Shown piece after piece: positions 44,730-58,108 of a stretch of DNA of 64,000 bases (position 1 is the stretch's first letter; each line of letters starts with the position of its first letter). The position numbers and the translations under genes were made by a program. The DNA comes from Klebsormidium nitens. Lineage: Eukaryota > Plantae > Klebsormidiophyceae. The stretch spans positions 22,245 to 86,244 of the forward strand of contig DF237347.1 in NCBI GenBank assembly GCA_000708835.1, written 5' to 3'. Under the pieces are notes generated by a model. That model was not told the origin of the DNA. It saw only the letters and a program-made list of their open reading frames with translations, and did not search any database.

Positions 44730-46501
44730 CACTCTCTTACTGACTGCAGCATCAGTAAGGACGTTTTGCACCGCCCGGGCTCGCATGGATTTTGTATGCC
44801 CGCATAGTGTGTTGATGTACAGCTAGGAAGGGGGATCATGGTACCTACTATTTATCGTACTTCTGAGCTCGCTATCAAGCATTAGCGCAACCGGTGGGCG
44901 TCACAGCTGCCTGATGTATCTACAATGAGTCGCATGGCTTCTGTCGATGCATCAGGCAGCATTCGCAGGTACCCATTAGAAACATTCATCTAGACACTGA
45001 GTAGTCAGTTTGTCTATAAGCGAGAGGGATTGAAAACAATAATGTTCCAAAGAGTTGGAAGGCAGTGATTGCAAATAACAATGCAGTGAGGCCGTTCCTC
45101 TGGTTTTGATGCTTTTGCTCGCCCCGGTCACCAGCTGGTCAATCGACTGGGTTTGCTGCCACCTGTTTTCGTGTACAGACACGACATTATATTACACCTA
45201 GTAAATTTCTGACCTAGCTCGGCGGTAAGTCAGCATAAATAAGGTGCACCTGCTGCATATGTAACCATGCCATACAAATTACAATTGATCGATCAGCTAG
45301 CTCTGTACATCGTTCAAACATGGTCAATCAAATCTTGCGCTTGCAAATCACTAGGTCCCATGGCAGCACCTCATTTATAGTAGTCAAGATCAGCCATGCA
45401 GTCGAGCCGCATATCGAGTCATGAGCTACGACGACAACTGAGCGACATCATTCCACGGAACGGCTTTATAATCCTACCCGCCGGCATATGCCGCGAGAAC
45501 AGCTTGCTCGCGCTTCGCATGCATTTCATGCACCACATACACCGTCAATCGATCCTACAATATGCCATTCATTGGACGTCCTTCTGAGTCCGTGCCAAGT
45601 CAGGCTTCGATATCAGAAGTTTTGACGTTTCCTCGCAAATTACAAGTCTCCGAGTCACTTATTTTGCGCTTTTGAGCCATTCGACGACTCTATGAGATTC
45701 TCATGGTGAGTTGGACATATCTGGCGCTGAGATAGAGTATTACCAAAAATGCAATCGTGTGTATCAATTTGGATCAATGCAAAGCCTCTCAATGGGCGGC
45801 CAATGTGCAACATATGCCGATGAGAGACTGGCGCCACTATATCAGGACTCAAATGCCATGAGACATGCGGGGTGCAAGGTACAATACTTTCGACCCTTGT
45901 CCAGGAGCCTGCTCGGAGCTACCGCGGCCGCCCCGTCGAGCTGATGCTAACAGGCTTGTTCCCGCATGCACAGATTCACTGCAAAAGATTCGGCTTTTCA
46001 ATGCATTGACACAGCTTGACTTCAAGATGACGGTCAGCGCACCCGACATTGCCGGCACGGTGACACAGAGCGATCAATGACTGAACCTTATTTCCCAAGC
46101 ATAGTCCTGAATCTTAATCTCATCAAAATGCATGCGACCGTAAATCAGAGAAACACATCCATCCGCAGAAAAGTCGAGCGGGGTCCTTCAAGATGCTATC
46201 GAACCGTAATATGCCCTGCAGATCGGGTCAAACAACACCAGCGCTTCGACCGACTTTGACCAGAGAAACAGCAGAGACGAAGCTCAGAAACAATCTAAGA
46301 CTAGACCAAGCCAACGCAAGGCGCTGCTTTGGTCGTCTTCTTCCACAGAAAAGCTCGAAGCGCCTCTCCTAGTCCCTCCTGGCGATTCACCCCTCCTCTC
46401 GACCGAAGTACGCTTTTCACTGGCTCCTCAAGCAAAGGCTACAGTACCTCCCCCTCAGCCGCGGCGCAAATCGACCGCCCACCTCATTTTGCCCCACAAC
46501 C

Positions 46502-49026
46502 ATGACGCAACTCCGATCTGCGCGCGCCCTGGTTGGCGCCCTCGTGGCGCTCCTTTTCGCGGCCGCGGCCGCGCAGCAGGCGGGGCCCTACGACCCCACC
46601 CAGACGGGGGGGTCGCTGTATGCGGACTACTCGCCGGCCATCAAAAGCGACGCCGGCTTCGTGTCGCAGCTCATCACCACGACAGCGCCCCCCCCCGGGC
46701 AGGGGGGCTACAACCCCGCGTCTGGGAGCTATGCCAATCTGCTGGACTCGCACACCTTTACTGCGGTGCAGTGAGTATCCGCTGATCTGGTCACCGTTTG
46801 TGCGGGTTACAGCCGTTTTTAAACAAGGCCGGGAGCGCTCCGTTGGTTCCCTCGGTCCCGTCTTGTTTGTGCTTTTCACATTTTTCAGTAGCGAATAAGC
46901 AACGAAGTTTGAGAAAGCAACCTGAAGAATGCTAGACCTTGCAAAGAGCTCCATTATCTCGAAAGAATTGCCCTTCTGTGTGACCAATCTGCATCTGCAA
47001 GCCGACCTGTCCATCAATCCTCCGAAAGATATCGCGTCTAAGTCTGTATCCCTCTCGTCCAGGGGCATGGGGGTTTCGACCGCTTACTTCAACCTTAAGC
47101 CCTGTGGGCTGGTCCCCCCCCACTACCACCCCAGGTAAGCTTCACTTCTTATCTCTTACTTTTGCCCAGGGCGGGTCAAGCACGTGCATGCCTAAGGATT
47201 TTCTGTCGCTTCTCTCTCGAAGCATGGCATCGTTCCAGGACAAGGGATTGATGCATTCGAAAGGGGTGGGGGTTTGATCTGCTTTTTGCTAAACAAGAAG
47301 GGGCTTTGCTGCGTTGCATCAAGAGCATACCCTCCCCCTTCAGAAGGATTCAAGTGAACCAGATTACGTCTGTCTTCTTGTGAATGCTGCTCGTGAGAAA
47401 ATTACCCTCATGCAGCAGAAACAAACTTGTCGAGTCTGCAAAGGATGCGGCGCCTCAGCTTTTGGAAACCAAGCAGAGCCGTCAGCATCTAAAAACTGAC
47501 GTGCGAAATGGGTTTTGTTATTCTCCAGAGCTGCTGAGGTGGCGATCGTCACCTCGGGCGTAGTTCTCTTTATCTTCTTCGACTCGGAAGGTAAGCAGTT
47601 ACTCACTTCGTACATAATCCCTGCCACTTCCATACTGGGGTCTCCGCGCTTGCTTTCCGGAGCCTACGCATTCGCTAATCCTGCCGGTCTGAATCAATTG
47701 CATGCGCGAAGTGCGCAGTCTCGACCGTTCCGCAACATCACCACACGGGGCATCATTTCGGTGGCCGACAGTCCGTGCGTTTTGGTCAATCAGACAGTGA
47801 AAGAAGTACCGGCTGCTGATTTTCTGGGTGCTGGGAGAAGACGTTTTGCTGGCAAGAAAAGCCGCCGTGGTCGACGCTTGCAGCGAAGAACATCATCTTA
47901 CTTTTCAAGGAGCGCCCAACACTTGGTCTGACGGACGGAAGACCCGTTGGCATGAACTTTTTTTGCCCAGCTGCTGAGTCGTTTGATCGAAGAGAAGAAG
48001 TCATACTTTTGCTGCTCAAGCATACTTTACGCCTCTCCGACTCCGCCTGCCCTCTTTCAGCCGGTACAATTCTTATCTTTCCAAATCGTCATTGCGTCTT
48101 CTCACATTTTTTTTGAGGATAGACTCACAATCCAAAAGCAAGGGAGGCGAAAAGAAATAATTGTTTACTCAAGCAGGCAACACGCTCTCCATGAACGGTC
48201 ACTGCGTCTGTTGAATTCTCTCGATCTGATTGAGATAAACCTCAGAGGCAAAGCTAATCGATTGTTTACTTGCGCAGGCAACACGCACTACATGAACGTT
48301 CCTCAGGGCAGCCAGGTCCTGCTCCCCCCGTCGCTGCCCCACATCTACCAGGAATACGCCAACGCGCCGGCGACAATCATCTCGGCCTTCTCGGAGGAGA
48401 GCCCGGGAACAGTCGTAAGTATTCCGAGACAGTTGTTTTTGTTCATCATCGTCGCTTTGTCGCGCACAGCTGTGGTTTCGTCCTGGCTCAAAAGACGTAC
48501 AGCTGTTTGCGTCGAACTTGCCATCGGTGTTGAAGCTCTCCGAGCATGATTCTTGATCTCCTTGTCGTCGATCGGAAGGTCCAATATCAGAAACCTAGCT
48601 TGGCACATTTGAAACCCGATGGCCGGTTTGACGCAAAGAACTGTAGTTGGTTTATAAACCCTCGATTCTGGGTTCCATAACCAGATACTTTTGCCACTCC
48701 AAGGGAGTTCCCAGACTTCGTATTCCGAAAATGCTGCAATGCTTGTGAAAGAAAAGCGCTTGCAGAAAGAAAGTTCCTTATGGGCTCTCCATTTTCTCTA
48801 ATTCAAGCAGTGCATCTCCTGACGCTGACGATTCTCATCAAACGGTTTTCATTTACACGCAGTTCCTGGCGCGCGCGCTGTTCGACTTCCCCGAGGGATC
48901 GTGCGCTCCGCCATGGGCCTGTTCAACCCGGGGGCGACCGCCAGTCTCAACGGCAGCATCCCCGCGGGCTTCACCACCGTTTCCCCCGACGCGTGCACGT
49001 CCACCGGGGCAGGCCACCTGCGCTAG
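46502..49026 (+). CDS. Secreted germin/spherulin-like cupin protein with two apparent 1-nt lesions; possibly a pseudogene
   Basis: Signal peptide MTQLRSARALVGALVALLFAAAAAQ. Exons 46502-46770, ~47000-47134, 47529-47590, 48278-48414, 48863-49026. Germin box CGLVPPHYHPR|AAE and a third metal His in LPHIYQ. The exon-2 acceptor and the last exon are phase-incompatible as assembled. Confidence 0.82.
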
Positions 49027-50231
49027 AGTGCTAGGTTCCTTTACCAGTTTTGCACCCTGTAAGAAGAGCCCGAGCATCTCCAACGAACAACTACAGGCAG
49101 ACGGAATGGCAGCTGTATTTTGTGTACTGACGTGCGAACCTCGTAAAGTTTCACGGCCTGATTGTACATCGTCTGTGCCTCGGCCGACACAGACGGCACC
49201 TGACTTGAATGTTTTCCTGTGACGGCACGTCATTGGCCCTTTGTGTACATGCATGACTGCAAAGACTGGCCTTCAAGAGGCGACCTGCTGCGTTCAGAAT
49301 TTCGCAAGCTCGTTTCCAGCGTGTTTGAACTCCGTTTAAATGCAGCGTGTCCAACGGTGTCAGTGCCGACGGATCCATGTACTTTTGTCTGTCCAGCAAA
49401 TATGGAGAGATTACATACCCTGTTATGCAGTTTCAGATATAGTGTCTTCATGAGCCTATATCACTGTAATTTTCTAACTGGCTCTTGATATAAAAAAAGA
49501 TTCGTGCAAGGGCGCGTCTTTCGCCTAGTATGTTATCCGCATTTGCGTTGCTCTTGAGGAAAGCTAGCCTTAGTGACCCGAGATAAACGCGACCGTCAGA
49601 TGAAGATCGGCCGGCAGCCACTTTCGACCTTTTACACTTGTGCGAGATCCGATCCGTTTAGTATGTAGTATTCCTTGTGCGCCAAGCTTGTCGGATCTCT
49701 GCGAATTCAGTGAGGTCGTATATGAAATAATTAACGCAACCATCAGAACTATCTAACATGCGCAAAGCGGAATGCTATCGATCCTCAGCCGCCGGCCGGC
49801 CCGAACGTGGATGAACCATGTATGCCAGCACATGTGAGAGATGCATTCCGACTAGGCCGACCTTGTCATTGCAAGCAATGAGTCCATAGAGATGGGCGCT
49901 GCAGATCCACAGGCATGCGCCAATACATTCAATTTATACATTCTGAATCTCACTGACGGTGAGGTCTGGATCCGCGGAGAGGACCATGACGCAACTACAC
50001 ACAAGCTAGCGCGGCGTTCCTTGATCGATCTACTCGGCTAGAAAAGGTACAAGGTATATCACAGGTGACGACGTTTTGTCAGTCATATGTCCAAAAGGGA
50101 CAGCAAAGCGTCTGCATAGCGGACCAGGCTCAATATTGGATGACATGGTATTGAAGACGTAATATACACGTTTCTGTCCAGGTACAATCTGTGTGAAGCG
50201 AGCTCTTTCCAGCCCGTCGCCTCAGGCTTAT

Positions 50232-53200
50232 CTAATTATTGCCACCTGCAAGACGACCACCGGGCTCGGGTTAAAGCAAAGAGTATAACAGCATGAGCAG
50301 AAAGAAAGTCGCATCTATTCCTACCAACGTTGAGAAGGGAACCTAAGAAAAGTGCGAAGCAATCACGTGCAATCGGCGCAGGCTCTCACCAATAAAATCC
50401 TAACTCCTGGGGGGAGACCAAAAAATCGCACACATTAAGTTGGCTGATGCAGAAACACTACGACCGTCTTCCACCATTGCTTCTCACTCCAGATGCGCGT
50501 GCGCGCACCCACACGTAGCTCATCTGATCGCAAAACACGAATAGATTCACTGAATCAAAAACCATTGTCTCACCTTGTAGCGACCTGAGTATTTGCAGGA
50601 GGCGCAGGAACAGGTTGATGATGTCCAGGTACAGCCCCACGCTGGCCCACACGTACTCGTCGTAGCTGTAGCGCTTGATCAGGTTATCCGTATCGTACAC
50701 TATGTATAGACTGAACAGGAGGGCGCCCACCAGAGAGTAGATGAAGCTGCACAAACAGAAGCCGGAACGGTTTCGCAAACTCGTTTTTTGAGACCATTCC
50801 GAGGCTGTTGTGCTCAATGTAATGCGGGTGAGCGCTGCAGATTTCGCTACAGATTCTTGAGATGCTGAGATAGTGATTGTCGCAAGAACAACTGCGTGGA
50901 TGAATCCCAAGAAAGCGATAGATACAGGTAACGGCTGGTTCGAGTCAGATGAAGCCCCGTGATCAGAAGCGACGGGAAGGAAAGTGTCGAACTTGCGAGT
51001 CCTACTCTTGCTTCAGCAATTAATTAACCTCCTCCTGATTGTTCAGAAACTGCATCGATGTGGCCTTTCGAATCAATAAACCAAACTATTCAGGGGTAAA
51101 CTAATCCTTCAGTGCTGGGGATGAGAGGAGTGAACCCACAAATGAACTGGCAGCTAAATCCAGGTGCGAATAGTGACTTACTAGCCGATTGGGCCTGGGG
51201 CGAAGAAGAACTGGATGAAGCCCCACATGATGAGGACCATGAGGCTGGAGAAGAGCATGGGGCCGAGGTAGCTGCAGACAGTTGTAAGCACAGCGGTTGA
51301 GTTTTGGAGAAGAGCATGGGCTGAAAGAAGCGGACAAGCAGTCACAAAACTCAACGGCTTCGTTTGTGACCTGGCGAGAAAAGATACTGCCAGTGGGAAA
51401 GATGTAGAGAGTGCGGGAGTAGGTGCAAACAGTTGGTCTTTGAAAGACCATTCCATTGTTTCGTGAACAAGCCTTCGCATTTGCACACACCCGTTCTTGG
51501 AGAAGAAAGATACATCCGGAAAACATTCAGAGGGGAGAATCTGCTACCAAAAGGACGTCCTGTGAGGGACTGGAGTTACGGACAAAAACAAACATATTTG
51601 CTCACTGGTCAGCTGCTTCCAGTAACGGAAAAGGATCGGGAACCTGTTCTTTCTAAAAAGACTGTCTTCACGAACCTGGCAGATGCAAACCGTGAATCAA
51701 AGCATCTGTGTCACTGCGCAGCAACGACTTTTTGACAGATAGTGCCGCAGATGAAGGCAGGCTTGTCCGAAAGCCCGCAGCAAGTCTGATGGAGTAGAGT
51801 AAGGGCGCGGCAGTGAAAGCCTACCTGAAATCTGCACCCTTCTTCACGGCGTAGAAGGTGTAGGCTGTCAGGCCCACAACCACTGCTCCTGTCAGGAGGA
51901 GGGCCTCCAGCACAAGCGCCCCCGAGTAAAAGGTGCAGGTAGTGCCGACCATCAGGCTCAGTGAGAACGTCTGGCAGGGAGTGAAAATTTGTCAGGTAAA
52001 AGAATTTTCGAAGAAACCAGGAAGAGGAAGTCGTCGGCAAAACACGTGTGCTAGAAGATGGGCATCTCAACAGAGAGACAACCACTGGGTGCACAAAAAA
52101 TCCTCATACACAAGTCAGACACCAGTGGAGATCGTAACAGTGATAGGATCAGTGGCGCAATTACCATTGCATTGAAGACCTCGATGTTTATGGAGCACGT
52201 TTACCCGCCCTTCTGCTTTTGAACAGGACTCCAAGTTCCCACGCCCATTTTGTCTTCGACAAACATGCACCAGGGTTTCCTCTTTCATTTTTCACACTTT
52301 TCAGCAGGGTAAAAGGACAGCTTTCCTTACCCAGAGTGCCAAGATGCCCAAGTTATGGGGATGTCGGTGGCGGTAGATGTACAAAGGAATCATGGCTGTA
52401 CACAAGATGGAACTCAGTAAGTCCACTTTCTACAATGCCTCCAAAGCGAAGTAATGATCTGGGCAAGGGATTAAAGACCTGTACTTTTACAAGCCCTCAA
52501 CAGCAGCTCTTGCAACATCAGACAGAATCAAGGACATGGCAACTGGCTGCTGTCGTGGTAGAGTCAACCTTGCACATTTCTTGGGTAAGAAAATGCTTGG
52601 AGCGCTCACTGATGAAGGGCAGCAGAAGGGAAACCCAGATGAAGGGTTGGGACGTCATAACAAAGCCCCGCACGGGCGCATTCAAGATGATGACTGCGAC
52701 CACCACAGATGTGAACAAGAGCTGGGCCGACAGGATGCCGTACACCTTTCTGATGAAGCCCCATCGCATCTCATTGTCCTGCGAGTCAGAGGTAGCAGCC
52801 GTCAGGAACCATTTCAGCATTGTATTTTTGACACTTGTATCAGTGCAAGTCCAACCTCATCTTGCTGTCCTGCGGGTGAACTAATTCAGCTTTATGAACA
52901 AGGTCTGACCCGCTGTCTTGCACTATCGCAAAATGGCAACTCAGTTAGAGGGAAGAAGTACAATAAGCATACACTTGCACAAGTGGACATTTAAGATTGA
53001 GAATACGGAGAGCTGAGGATTCTGTCAACGAGCAGGTAAGGGGCACAAAGTGACACTGTGCGAAATTCACATGGCACTCACACAATCAAACACTGATTGT
53101 GTCGTGTAAGGGGTGCTTCTTCCAGAAGTCTCTAAAGACGTGAAAGTCTTATCTTACGACCAGAGTGTAACATGCCAGCAAAGCTACTTCTGGATCCATA

Positions 53201-53551
53201 CCCTGGGTCGTGATGAGAACTTGATGAGGCCTGCTTAGAACTTCCTGAGTACTTCACTGCTAAGCTAGAAGTGATGTAATTGCTTGCACGAGACCTTATC
53301 CTTTCCTCCATGCATGATGCAACAGATGTTGCCCTTTGAACCCCTGCTATGTTTTGAAAAAACAAGCCCGTGCCCTGAACGCATACCTGTTTCATGCAAA
53401 CTTCATAGACGAATTTCAAGTAACTTTGAGAGATGCTCAAGCTAAGGCATACCTCAATGCCAGGATACAGCATGTCTCCATTCTCCAAATCCACAAACGT
53501 CGAGTCCTCCTTGACAGACGTTCCCATCTTCTCATAGCTCGTTGCCGCCAT
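50232..53551 (-). CDS. LFG: Lifeguard / BI-1-like (TMBIM family) membrane protein (~251 aa)
   Basis: Exons 53551-53453, 52778-52610, 52395-52331, 51970-51825, 51271-51182, 50746-50574 and a probable 14-nt last exon 50245-50232. Motifs MRWGFIRKVYGILSAQL, HPHNLGIL, YIVYDTDNLIKRYSYDEYVWASVGLYLDIINLFL (di-aspartate). Confidence 0.93.
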
Positions 53552-56500
53552 GGTGTTCAACCTCGCGGCGTCCCCGTGCAAGCGAAGCAAGAAGCGAAAG
53601 AAGTCAAATACAAGCTGAAACCGTAAGGAACCCAGGCACCCAGAATCTCCACCTCAAACAATGATCTGTGCCGATGCTGGCGCCCTAGTTCAACTAAAGT
53701 GCTCTGAAGCGAAGGTGAAGGAATGTCCCATGCAAGATGCAGGCGGCCAGGGCGGACTCATATTTCGGTTATGTTCACACCTTTGGAGTCGCTGGAGCGG
53801 CGCTGCGAACTCGGTGGAAACAAGCGTTTGTGAGAACAGGCACCTTGCAGCACTCCCCCAATGCCGCCCCCCGGTACTCTTTTGAAAGTGGGCCAAAAAG
53901 CTCCGAGGATACCCGGGCCGGGGGCCCTGGCAGTCTTTTGAGCAACCACAAATACTTCACAAGGTGCTCGGGTCTCGTCTCCCAAGGGGCAGGACGATCG
54001 CCCCGGTGCAAAAAGCTGCTGCTCCTTTCATCTCAAGAAGAAAGCTGGAAACCTCATTGCAAACCCTAATCGAATCAGCTCAATATGAAGGCGTTCGGCA
54101 TTCGTGCCTTGATGTCAATGCTCATATGAAGCTAGAAAAACAGACACCGCGCCAATACTGTAAGGAGAGAGAAGAGTCTTGATCACAAGATTGGTTTGAT
54201 TCAGCCTGCTACGTGCATCGTGACAACTCTTTGATGTATTGAGCGTTGGAAGATCTTCTTTGACACTTCGTCGATACTGGAAGAGGCTTCTTTGCAGTTG
54301 AACTTTCGCATCCTTGCCAGCTATAATCTAGTTTCAGGAGGTGCTGCAAAAGACTGTGGAGTATCAAGTGGTCAGCTTGGCTTGCGTTGAGGCTTAACAT
54401 CATCTGTGATTGCTCGTCAGCTTTTCAAGCTCACGACAGCGCAGCTCAGGAATCAGTATAATATCAGTCAAGGCACAAACGTGCTTGTATGGATTAAAAG
54501 GCTTGAGGCAGAACTTCGTCTTGCTTTGCCACAAATCTGCAATCAATCATAGCATACCTCCTAGTCGAGTTTGATAGGTCTTTGGTGTCAGCAGGAAAGC
54601 ACAGCAACCCCCTGCACTGCTTGGCACGTTCTGGAGCTCCTTGCCAATGGCAACAAGGCGTCCACAGCCTGGTGCAAACGTAGCTAAGCTCGTGCAGGTG
54701 AGTACAATGAGGTCATTCGACTTCCATGCGAAATCCTGTAACACAATGGCAGTTGTGCTGATAGATGTTGTTTCTTTGAAAAAAGCTTGAGCTGCAGCTC
54801 CTTTGAATCTGAAAGAATGGGCTCATGTTAGATCAGAGTTCCTGAATGGGACATGGGAGCTGTCCCACTGTACCCTGGCTTGCAAAGCCCAACCTATATT
54901 CTCTCTTTGGCTGGTGCAGCGAAATGACTACTATGCAGCACAAGAAGCGCACGCTGAAGAGTAAGCTGTTGATGCACCAAAGTGTGTGCAAGCTTGACAT
55001 GCCCTGTGAGCTCCTTGCGCGGTGCCAAAATGCTTTCTTTAAAACATACTGTAAATCTTGTGTTCGGGCTTGATTGTATACAAGAGCAGCTGTCTGTGCA
55101 TCTCTAGCTGGAAGTCCGGGCTTGCATCAGGTTCTCTGGGCATGTTGCATTGCATCAATGTCATCATGTTCTTCTGTTGAAACTGAGGCATGAACCACCG
55201 TGCAGCTTATCGAAGGCCAACCAAGTAGCCGGATGGCACGAAAGAAAATTCAAGGTTGGAACACAGGTATTGGGCCATTCTTTGTGGATATTCATGTGGG
55301 CCTGAAAGTCATCCAATGCTAGGAACACAGTTCCGTCTGTATAATTTGAAGCCAAGTGAGTTTGTCAGCTGTTGAAAAGTTGGTTTCAAGCAAGCACGCA
55401 CGGTATCTCAAAAACACCTTGGAGCCACCTGATTATAAACCTTTTGTTGGGGTCTATCTGCACAAGACTATCTCATGTTCTTCTGCTGCACCTAGTTTAC
55501 TGACTTGTCTTGACACCAGACCCTAAGCATTTCTTTCTTTGGTTGTCAGACCTCAGCTCACTCGAAGGACAACGATTTGTCAGAAAACGCCACAAATGAG
55601 TGAGTGCCTTACAATCAAGCTTCTCTAAGGCAACTGATCCTTCAGTAGAGCCCCCCAACGATAGGAACGACGTATAAAAAAAAGATCTTATGACTCTTTC
55701 TTCTTCTCGACAATAGTTGATGAATCAAGAGCGAAGATTGAGTTGTTGTCCTCCTCGCTTCTGAAAAAAGATGTACTAGAAGAGCCAGATTCTCAGCGCT
55801 GCTGTCTTTGAGTGATGTTTAGCTCACAGCGAACGAGTCTCCAGAAGGCTCCGTGGCCTGGTTACGAGGGGTGAATCTTAAATGATGCGATGACGCTTTT
55901 CGACCAGAATCGCAATGGAGCTGAGGTCCGCGGATAAGCAAGTGAAGATGCAGCGGCGCGCGAGGCTGCTCGAGCTTTTCAGAAGAGAAGCGCTACAGTG
56001 AGCGTTCCATCTGGCCATCCCGTTCATAGCTCACTTGGTTCAAAAACCTGGAACAAAAACCCAACGAACTATTGGCGTCTCATACTAACACTTCAACGAT
56101 TCCGATTGGGCTTTCTGAGGGCGGGTTTTTCCACAAAAGACCACAGTTCTCCTGGTTGACTCAGCTGATCAAGGGGACACCTCTTGGCTGAAACATGGGG
56201 CAAGTTAACCTGTTTCTGGCACTAGCGTCGGCTGGGTTCCTTCAATTCTCGGGGTGCAATTCATACCAGACGAATTTCAATGGACCGATCGAAATGCAGC
56301 GGGATCGAGGTAATGCACAGAATGCTTGACCCTTCTCTTTAACCCACTTTGCACCGGGGATAGGGGTCCGTTTAATCCAGCTTCCGTTAACGTGTATTCT
56401 CAACCCTTCTCTGCAGATATGAAGCCGAGCTGAACGCGCGAGGCTTAGCGATTCTTAAGGACAGATTGTGAGAAGGCCTCAATTGTTGACAGGAAGCGCA

Positions 56501-57289
56501 GCCCTCGCTCTTCCACATTAGACGTGACTCGTCATCATCCTGTCATCATAGAAGGCCAGAAACGTTGGTGAAGAGGCAAGTAGGTGTGTCCAAGCCCTGC
56601 AGGCGCACACGCTTCTCGAGTCGGTCATGAAAGGCTCCAGTGCACCAATCAGGGTCGGAGATACTTCTTTTCAACCTAGATATCACCGTCTGATTGAGAA
56701 ACAAAATGTCTATTGTTTTGAGAATATCGCTGCGTCCCGCGTATCCAAACGTCTCGCCATGCATGACGGGCTCTGCGTATGAGACAAGATGGATTCTGAA
56801 TACGGGCAGTTTCTGCAGATCTGCACCGTACATCAAATTGGAGCGAATCCACATCGCGACTAGAACGGACTTGTGGATCCGTGTGCGCATTGACTGGCAA
56901 TTGTGTAATCAAACTACATGGAAGCGTTTATACCAAGATCGTGCGCGCGCCGGTTCGACCTGTGGCAACAGGAGAATGTCTGATCGAAGCGCGTGCCTTT
57001 GCTGAATGCCCAGAAGTGACAACCGACCGAGGTGTATTAGCGTTATACCGTGACAATTGACCATGCCCTGCAAATATTGAGCTGGGCTTACAAAGCAGAA
57101 ATAAAGCGCTCGGCACATTTGCCGCCTTGAAGCGTACTTTGGACATCGAAGCTTTGTGCATAGGATGTCTTCGAGCCCAATACGCATTAGCAAATGTCTC
57201 AATCCTCTCAACTTTCAAGTCTTGATACCATAGAGCTAGCCTACGCATCGAATTTTGGCCCTATCAGGTCCATGCTGAAGGAATTCTGC

Positions 57290-58108
57290 TCATGGTCTCG
57301 GCGGAATCCGAGGCCCTGCTGCGGCCTGTCCTACCGTAGGACCTACGGCCAAAGATGGCCCCAACAACGTCCCCGGTGCTGGTGCCGGTTCCACCGTCGC
57401 ATAGCAAAGCCCCCCACACTGCTTAACAAACTTCCCATCATTACACAAGACGGAAGCCAGCGCAATCAGCACATCCCCCGAGGCGCAGGTGTTGAATAAA
57501 ACACCCCCCTGAAGATTGGCAACGAAAGTTTGCCCTCGGATGATTCCGACCTGGTTAAGGGGGCAGCTGATCTGGCACGTGACGTCATATCTCTGGCAGA
57601 TGACGGCAGGACCTAGGCCGAAGTTGGGGCACTTCCCGAGCAGCGGCAGCCCGGAACCGATGGGAACTTGGGCGGTGCAGGGGATCGCAATGCTTGATAA
57701 GAGAAAGATGGCCAACAGAGTCTGCAAAGATATGAGAAAGTTTCGGCCTTCCTTAGCCATGGCACTTTCTTCCTTCCCCTTTGATACCCTGCCCTCCCTT
57801 ATGCATGTCAGCAATGAGCTGAGGAACCCTAACGAGCTGCTAGCTCTGGTTCCACATATATCGAGCTTCCGCAAACAGAACTTCATATGAGATTGTTTTC
57901 TTCTTATTCTTCTGTTTAACACTCTACGTTTTTCTTGCATAATTTTAAACGTGCTAAGAGCTGATCAGACAGGCTTGACGTTGTCGCCCAATCAGGTTAT
58001 AAAGTTCGACAAATGTAAAACTTGTAAGCAGACCCCAAAACTCCTGAAAATTTGAAAAGACGATAGATCGTGTACTCACCCAACGGCCGCCGGTCCTGGA
58101 GGGGGCCA
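57290..58108 (-). CDS. Small secreted or membrane-anchored protein with an 8-cysteine domain, family unknown (156-175 aa)
   Basis: ATG 57760 starts a hydrophobic signal (FLISLQTLLAIFLLSSIAIPCTA), then 8 Cys and a PAPAPG motif, stop at 57290. An upstream 29-nt exon (58108-58080, GTGAGT donor; CAG acceptor before 57788) splices in frame. Confidence 0.68.
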
